Shown here: piece by piece, positions 10,301-19,600 of the stretch
Position numbering within the stretch: the first letter of the stretch is position 1
Layout of the letters: every line of letters starts with the position of its first letter
Source of the DNA: Ostreococcus lucimarinus
Taxonomy: Eukaryota
NCBI GenBank assembly: GCA_000092065.1
Contig: CP000587.1
DNA: 64,000 nt
Direction: 5' to 3' (one strand)
The notes under the pieces: generated by a model
Database searches by the model: none
Told to the model about the DNA's origin: nothing
The model's input: only the letters and a program-made list of their open reading frames with translations
Program-made: the position numbers and the translations under genes

Positions 10301-13300
10301 AGAAGTATTTCGTGTAACGCTTCAGCGAGCGTGCTCGATTGCGCGTCGATATCTGCATCAGTTTGGATATTCGACCACTTGATGAGCTTTCGGCGACCTC
10401 TTCGCCAACGTTTACGAATGTTCGGTCGCTCTTCGCTTTCGTCCAGGAGAGCTCGTTGCTCTGCGCTCATTTCGTCCCAGTTTTCTTGAACGACGAAGCA
10501 TCCGCGCAACAGACCGCTCTTTTCCTTCATCTTTTTGCGTTTCTCTTTGGGAATAATACCGGTACAGCCAAATTTCATCTCGAGATTGATTGCCTCGACC
10601 ATTTGTTTCTGGCGATTTTTTTCCTTCTCGCGGATAGCCCTGAGTTGTCGCCGTTTTGTTCGTTGCTCCTTCCTCAATCGAGCTCTTTCGGCGCCGGCTG
10701 TATCGCCGAGAAGAAGGAGTTGCGCCTCTTCATCATCACTTTCAGTCTCTGAACCTTCAACATCTTGATCTTCATAATCTTCGATTATGGGAGTCGCATC
10801 AGTCGACGCACTCATCGCTTGCAACGTTAAGAGAAGCTTGATGATGGAGTCACGGAGTTGAATATAGCCACCGACGTCGTCGCGGCGACGTTGAGACATT
10901 TGCTCCCCCTCTATCGCGGCTAAGTCGGTTATGACCCGCATCAAAAGCGAAGAATCGCCGGGGGAGACGACTCGAAGCACTTCAGTCATCACCACACAAA
11001 GCAAATCCTTGGTTTGGATCAGCGTCGTGCCGAAAGAAGGGTACTGCGCCATTGTCCCAGTATTGAAGTTTGCCCTCGAGAAGACTGAAGAGGTGAGCAT
11101 CGGGGGCAGTATGATGTACTCCGGGGCGTCAAATATTTGCTCAATATCACGACCCTGGAGGAAAACAAACTTCAAGTCGGTACACTCCTTGTTTGTGATG
11201 TGGTCACGTGCGCGCAACGAATCGACAATCGAATTCCACCCACGCGAAAAGTGTTGCCATTTGACATCCATCGCCTCCGGTAAGAAGTCAGCTGGATTTG
11301 GAGCGGCGGTCTTTACACCAGACTCCATAAGGACCTCATCTTCTACAACGGTTAGCGCAACAGAATCAAGTAAACCTTCGTGAAGATCGCCGCCACCGTA
11401 GCCACCGCCCGAACGTATTCTTTGTTCTTTGGCACCAAATGCATCATCGTCGCTATCGCCGGAAGCGTTACCACTCGTGGTGGCATCGCCTGTCAAAATG
11501 ACTGGCTTTGGCCACGACTTATTCAAGACTTTTTCGCAGAATAGATTTGGAATCTGTTGAAAGTCTCTCAAAAAGTTCGCCCATCGTTGAGCGTGCGACA
11601 CTTTTCCTCTCCACTGAAGGAAAATTGTGAAGACTGATGCGTAGCACGTGTACCACAAAAACGTATCGCAAAAGTACGTCGCCACGGCTGGAAGCATCCG
11701 CGCGATTACCATGACAGTCATCAAAAATTGAGACGCGTGCACGTCGTAGTATGCTTCCGGTAATTGACCTTCAATTTCTTCACCAATATAACCGAGGGCT
11801 GGAAGGCTGAGCTTTTTGCCGCCGATTGCACTGCTCACGACATTCGACGCAGCGTCCACGATGTCAGATACCGTAGACTCCAACCTAGAATGTGGCATCG
11901 ATGAAGGACTAGCAGCAGCGCTACTCCATCCCCGATATTGACCGTTGTATGGATCAACGGAATAGTTCACGTCATAAGCGATCGAAAACTGACTTTCGTC
12001 TCCCCAAGATGCGCCAGTGAAATCGCCACCACCGGCGTGCGAAAATAGCAAACTTCTCCGGCGCTCGGGAATGGGCTCGTAGTAAGCGAGATTGATATCG
12101 CTTTCTTCGTAGTCGTCGTCGTCTTTTGTAAGCTCGGTAAAGTACGTGACTTTTGGCTTAAACTTCAACGCTTGGACGAGCGCATCGCCTTCGAGGTTGA
12201 TGCACGAAGTGTACTCATCGCTCTCTTTGTTCCAGCACAGATCCCCTTTCTTCAGCGCATTCACCGCCTCGCGCAGAGGAGTGATGAGGAGGAAGTGACC
12301 AAACGCAATCTTTGTGGAGAGCACGACGAGCCAGAAAAGAGTGTAAATAATGCGCTCGCGGACAGGCGTCGCCATTTGCGTCGGCGAGCCAACAAATGGC
12401 TGGCGCCGAACCATAGAGGACATCAGGCCACTGTTTGCGAGTGCGTACACCGCCGCCAAACCTTCAAAGTACTTCGTACTGTTATCGGCGCGAAGCGAAC
12501 GCTCCAGCACGTAAAACATTGGCACCGATATAAACATTCCAGCTCTTGTCGAGGTGACCATCCAGTCGCCAAAAGACTCTTGCGAAATGTTACGGAACCG
12601 GATTACCGCGACTTCCTGTCCAAACTTTAGCAACGCATGCGTCACCATCGACGTCGAGAGGTACGACCAATTCCAACCGTGCGCGAACACGTAAGCGGTC
12701 GATAAATGGAATGCGACGGCGTGGAACAAGATGATGGAATGAAAGTTGACGAACATGCTCAACCAACCTGAGGTTTCACGATGCGTTTTGAAAAAAACAT
12801 TGGTGAGAACGGCTGAGGAATCGCCTGAAGCCATCGCGCGCGACATGAATGAACGCAGGTGCTCGTACATTCTGGCATCTCTAGAAAGATTTTTCATGTT
12901 TCGAGGTACGCCAACGTAATCAGTTTCTTCTTCGCCGCGGTCGGGTTCTTCTTCCGGCGGGAGAAGTCGCACCAATCTGTCGTATTGCCAGAAAAATTCG
13001 TTGACATCGTCGTACATGACGCGCTCCGAAATGGGCGCAGAGGCACGATCAGAAATTTCTCGCTTTAAGAAGGTGTAAATCGGAGTGATCACGGTGCGAA
13101 GGAAATCCTTTTCACCGTAAGGCATGACGTCTGCGGATACGGGTTTGCACATGATGCGCTCTTCGCCTTCACCGGGAAGCCTATCGTCAAGCGTAAGTGA
13201 GCAAAGTGCCGCGTGAAAGATGAAACAGAGACATTCACTCATGTGGCGGAGATTGGCACATTCCCCGTATATCAAAAACCAAAGGCACAGGTGGTGAAGC

Positions 13301-13664
13301 TTTGCGTTCAATTCGACCGCGACGGATTGTTCGCGACTTGCACGCGTCCAGAGTTTGTTTGCGTCAGACATGTACACCGAAAGTAGCATTTCTCTAGAAT
13401 CCTGATCATCGTCACGAGCGATGCGTTTTGCGTGCGAAGCGACGGAGTCCACCATGCCAGTGTACGCGCCCCAGTTGTTGTAGTTCTGGAATAAATGCGC
13501 GTGAAGTTCGTGTACAACATCGTTCCAGTATCGATCCAAGTAATCGGTTGAGTAACTCGATACATCTTCTTTTTGTGTGAGCAATTGCTCAAGCCAGACG
13601 GATAAACTGTCAACGCTGTTTGCGAGGTTTGACGGGACGTCGACTTCCTCATTCGTGAATGTAG
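7303..13664 (-). other. FKS/GT48 glucan synthase module 2. Coordinates are approximate.
   Basis: VRFHYGHPDV is encoded at about 9086-9115 (plus coordinates). The two catalytic cores are about 6.5 kb (about 2177 aa) apart, so each module is a complete FKS unit. Confidence 0.55.
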
Positions 13665-16600
13665 AGTCCTTCGCGCTCTTCTGGAAACCGAACATATCCG
13701 CGAGGTGTGAAGCAATAGGCTCGATCCTACGTTTGATTTCGGTGACTCTCTCGTTTTTGTTGGCCGTCATGTCACCCACTGATGTCAAATCTTCCTTCAT
13801 ATCCGGGATGGTGCTCGGCATCGGTCTAGCATAGCGAACAGGCGTCGATTTCAGGCCGAGGACCTTCCGGATGAAAACTCTGGACGACAGAAACCAAGTT
13901 TTTACCGAACGCGACGTCATCGCCCGATTGATTGTCGTCACCAAAGTGCGGCGGCGCATTTCGACGCCTAGCACAGATGCATATGCTCTGTTGAACAACA
14001 TCTTTGCGTGAACGTAAGAAATTGGCACGAGGGACAGCAGAGCGAGGCAAATATGCAGAGCCAATCCGATCACCTCATCCACATCTCGGAAGAAAAAGTC
14101 ACTGAAGATGCGCATCGTTCGAGCTATGTGCTTGAACATAGGCAGTGGAATATCGGAGATCAGTGAGGATATATGAACGACACAGTGCACCGTGCAGAAT
14201 GCCGCCAAGGCGAAAACGATTTTGTTCTGGCGCTGTTCAGTATCGAGCGTTTCGCTGAATAAACGTCCGCAGAGCTTCATGTGGAACACAACCAAAAAGA
14301 CTCGGACGCACATATTGTACATCAAGATGACGCTGCGTTTACCGACCTCGCTGGATGTGAGACCCAGTCTTTCCCCGATTGCGATTACGCGCTGCGGCCA
14401 GAAGAACGACGGCGACGTACTCATGAAATAGACTCCGGTGAGCAACAATCCGGCGATACCTGCAGTGACAACGACGACGCCTCGTACAGCCGGAATCCCG
14501 TCGAAATCGCTCACACGGACTGCCGCCGTACTACACACCATAAGGATGAGTGGGACAGGGAGAATGCGGAACGTGATGTACTCCATCTTGAGATGTCTCG
14601 GCATGGCGCGTAGTGACTTCATACGCTTGGCCTGCCACATCCACCAAGTGCCATCTTGATTGACTGCTCCTTGATTGCCAAGTTTAAAGGGATCAAGCCA
14701 GAATAGCCAAGAAGTGAAGTTTATCGCGGGGATACCCTCCTTGAAACTCTGTGGATGAAAGAACCAAGGTGAAAACATCCAAAGAATGACGGCGATCCAT
14801 ACATGCCAAGTTGTCGTCACAAAGACGTACCCTGCGCTGAACGTAGATAGTTCTGTGAGCAGAAGAGTCATCGCTAAAGTCGACATCGATGGAATGATGT
14901 GTGAAACCGCGTACTGCATGTAAAGGTCGGAAAAAGAGGCGTTCATACTCATACTGCGTTTGGTACCGCGGTACGACGCTTCGCCAGAGGCGATCGAAGC
15001 ATCGATAGCAGAGCCTCTCGATTTGGCGATGAACATGTGGTACACAAACGATCCCGTAACGATCCCGTGATAGGTATCTTTGACCATCTTTACTAAACCA
15101 CCGGTGATCCAACCGTGCAACATACCAGGCCAGGCCATCACCAAGCTCGCTTGAAGCATCCATTGCGATGGATACAGTGTTTCAAGGCCAATTTCTTGGT
15201 GGAAACCGACGTTATCGAAGGCATCGCCAGTTGTGTAATACGTTTCAATGCTAAACATTGCGATCACTGTCTTACACAAGACAAAGGCGGCCATGGATGT
15301 AAACAGCATGAATTCTGTGTAGAATAACCCAACCGACGACTGGAAAAAGCTCAAGCAGCGGAAAATGTCCATGCTCTTTGAAAGTCTATGAAAGTCACGC
15401 GAGATAAGCTGCATACCGTTCCCAGTAGCGATTTTTTTATTGAATTGGTTGTTACCATCGAATGAAACTTCTCGTCCCTTGCCACAGGTGGTAAAGTTCA
15501 CGTACTCGATTTTGCCACCCCGTTGCACGACATTCATACCTCCGTACACGTCCTCTGACAAGTGCAGTCTTCGAGAAGCCTTAGAGACTCCACCACTTGA
15601 GCGGATGAATGCACCATCCCATATGTCAGGGTGGCCGTAGTGCATGCGGACACGAAGAGGGTTCGTCATGAAACGCTGCAACAAAGTCCCAAAGACCGCC
15701 TCAGAAGTGGCCGCAAAACTCGACACTGACCCCTGACGCCCAGAAATCAGTTGTTCGGTAAAGCCGATGAGCACTATGTCTTCGTCGGATCCATACAACC
15801 TCAGAACGTTACGAAGTTTTAACCCTTCTGCGAGATGTGCATCTTGGTTCATATCAATCGTTTGCACATACATGCCACGCGACCAGACCAATCCCATGTT
15901 TTGGTTTTCGGGCTTGCCTTCGCCAACAATTGGATGCCCAGGAAGTTGAACACGATGCGTTCGCTTGAACTTTCCGTCTGCGCCGCGACTGAGCTTTGCA
16001 ATTGCGAAGTTATCATTGTCGCCACTCGGTTGTTCGACATAATTTACCGTGACATGCGGGAATTGTTCCACGAGCGCCTCCACTTCACCGTTCATCGTAT
16101 ATCCCGGTGAGTTGTAGACTTGGCAACACAGGACGTGCTCGAACTTTGCACGAACCAATGGTTCAATCTCATCTTCAGGGACGCCTTCCAGACGTGCCAA
16201 TAATCGTAGGGCATCGATGTAAGAGGCAAAGCCTCTCACCGTACGATATAAAGTTTGACCTTCGCCGCTCGCCCAGTTCATGGTTTCTTCACTCAGACGT
16301 TTTTCCTCATCGGTGAATGTGGACAAAGCAGTGATCTTGTCCAACATCGCGCGATCAAAAAAGTGCTCGTAGTTTGAGTCTTTCACCTTCACACCAGTGC
16401 GCTCGATCATGTTTTCCCACGAAGACGGTGCCATGCTGACCATGAAGCGAAATCCCGTGACGGATTCGCCATCGATTGTTGATGTCAACGTGTCCAACGA
16501 AGTGCGAATTTCTTCGGTGTAAACCGGAGTTAGCGTCGTCAGCATCGGCATCTGACGAACAGTCATTGGTTTCTTCATTGCAGGATCGCCGAGGCTTGAC

Positions 16601-19600
16601 ACGAAAAATCGAAAGATGTCTTTCGCTTCGTCCAAAGAAGGTTCGGCCGCGGGGTTCGCCGTAGAGAGCATCAGATCCATTTGTTTGATGACGTACGATC
16701 CAGCCTTGGAGGACGCCGCACTTCGAATTTTGGCTGATGACGAATCGAGAGCATTAAAATCCATGATTTGCTGAAGCTTCTCGCACGTTTTAACCAAGAG
16801 TACGTTCGTTTCTTTGTGCGTTGCGCGCTCATTCTCGCGGTCCTTTGCGATCTCAGTGCTGATGAGTTTGAGCAAATTTTCCATCTGCGAGCGAATTCGA
16901 CTGGTATCAAACGCACTTTCGTCATCTTCACGAACTCGCAACAGCTTCAATAGTCCCGCCGATTGCTCGCGCAGCGACCCGAGCCATTTTATCGCATGGG
17001 AATGCTCACTCAAGCTCAGCGACATGAGGTCAACGAGAGACTTGAGCAATTCTACAAACTGCACACGGTCTCTGGCGTCGACAACTCCGAGGACACAGGT
17101 AGCGATGAAAGCGAGCAAGTCAATCGATTGCGCAATCACGGATGACGAAAACGCAAACCGCATCTTTTCATTGCGCTGAACGCCAATTCCACTAAACAAA
17201 GAGCCACTGAGCATGATAGGGAAAACGACGTACCGAGAGCCGAAGAAGCTCTCGCTCGTGGGTCCATCCAGGATACGGAACAAAAGAAGATCGGTCTCTT
17301 CGTTACTCAAGAGGTCTCTTGAGCGCGTCGACTTCACGATCTCGTTCCATGCTTTCGCGAAAGAGAACCAGGCATCCGAAACGCTTTCTGAACACAATGC
17401 TGTTGAAGAGTCCGAAGGTGGTTCCGGCTTGGGAGAAGACGTCAAAACTTTTTCCGCAAATAAATCCACGTTTTGCGGCATATCAAGAACTGTGCGTGCC
17501 CACCCGCTGGCAATACCTGTGTTCTTGTAGCGCTTGTATGCGCTAGCGACGCCAAGCGTCGTGATGAAGTAGAAGAACGTGTTACCAAAGTACAGCAATA
17601 CACTCGGCATCCATCGCTCGAATAACATGAGCGCCTTGAATCCATATCGTCTCGCCAAACGAGTCATTTCGATTAGCTGTGGAGAGAGGAGCTCGTTATA
17701 GTCGTACGCATCACAGTCAGCCCCTGCGAAGTTATAATTCCAGCAGTACAGATCGAGTTCCAGAATCGCTTTCGTTGGTGCGATGAGGGGGTTGACCATC
17801 AAAATATAATCGAGGGTCAACTTCAACGTAAAGGTGACGACCCAGAAGATGATATACGACCGTCGGTCTTTGCTTGATATGGGATTGTTCACCTTCTCTG
17901 TGAAATATCTGTCCGTTTTGTCACCGGAAGTGAGTTGGTAGCCAGAGATATTGGCCAAAACCAGCACAGCGTAGGGGAAACCGACTGCAGCAAACGTCTT
18001 CACATTGATGAAGTCAGTGGCACAAGCCATCCCGAGTAGCAGAACTACTATAGCGAAAGCGGCGCGTCCGACTGATTCTACTCGACTATGGAACAACGCA
18101 ATTCGGTCGAAGAAAATGACTCTCGACTCGATGATCAGGTCAAATACGGCTGCCGTCAGCGCCGTCGTCGAGTACATTGCCGGTTCTGCAAATTTCACAA
18201 ATGCGTGCACAATCATAACGTGCATCATCAACGACAGGAGCGCGAAAATGCGATGGAAGTTGACATACATCGTCATCCAACCCAAATGCTCTCTGTAAGT
18301 TTTTCTGAAAACAACGCTCAAACTCTGATCTTTCTCCTTAGCGGCTCCCGCAGTGCGCACAAAATGCCTGAATTTAGCATACGAGCTTGTGCCCATCTCA
18401 GCGTCTATGTTCAGCATACGCTTCAACTTTGAGACATCAATAAATGTTTCATTCATATCATCGTAACCCATGCGAAGATGCAAAGGAGCAGCACTTTTCA
18501 TGTGCAATGCGAGGAAATTGTATAGCGGTCTCACAATTGAGGTGAGAAAATCATCCGCTTCAAAAGCCAAACCGGAGTCGGGTACAGCCGAACACATGGT
18601 GCCTCGGTTCACGACAGCCGCCGCCATGATGTGAAATACAAACATCATAAACTCTGGCATAAACCTCAAATTGGCAGACTCTTGGTAAATGAGCTCGAAC
18701 AGTACAAGCTGGCATAGCTTCGCATCAGTGCTTCCCTTCAACATCGAAGACGCCAGCGTCTCAGTTCCACGCGGAGAAAAATCTATGCCAGTGTAACTCA
18801 TGTATCGCTTATAACTCGCAAACGTTTTCTGATGAAGAGCCTGCGCGGCCCAGTCTGATTTGTTCGAGCTCGGCGCGTCTTGGAGTTGAGACGTGTTCCA
18901 AAGAAGCATCGCGCACTTATCGATGCAGCTTTCTCGTATGCTTGCGACGCCTTCGCTACCGTTTTGGAATCCAAATAAATCACCGAGACTTTGCGCGATG
19001 GGCGCAAGCCTAGTTTTCCACTGCTCAATATCACGCTCGATGGAGCTTGCTCCCGATGGCTCCGGGCCAAGACGAGTGAGAGAATCTTCTTCGAATTCGA
19101 CAGGTGGAGATTCTTTGCTGAGTTCACCGACGAGTTGCCGAGACGCTTTGGAAGGCGTACCCAACGCGCGTACAGCTCGTTTCTGGATATCCGCCGTCGC
19201 GCGATCGTCCGCAATAAACAGTCGAACGATCAAGAAATTCGATCGAGAAAGAGAGACTAATGCATCTCGCACGTATCGACGCGTTATACGCCAACGAATG
19301 GCGAGAGCAACGCCCAAGTACAAGATGATCGCTAGGTATACCACCGTCAAGAGTTCAACCTCAAGTTTTAAGGCATCGACGGATTCGCGGTCGGGGCAAC
19401 TCGTGTCCCCAGGTTGCTCAAATCGCTCTTTTTGATCTTCTATGTACGTCTCCAACTCTGTAAATATTGTCGGCGGCTCCGGACACGCTCTGTTATTTTT
19501 GCGATGAATCTGTCGCATGTGGTGACAGGTCAAAAAAGTGCTTTGCAATGCTGTCGAAACCGGGTTGATCAACCCCTTTGGATGCGTCAAGATTGCACTA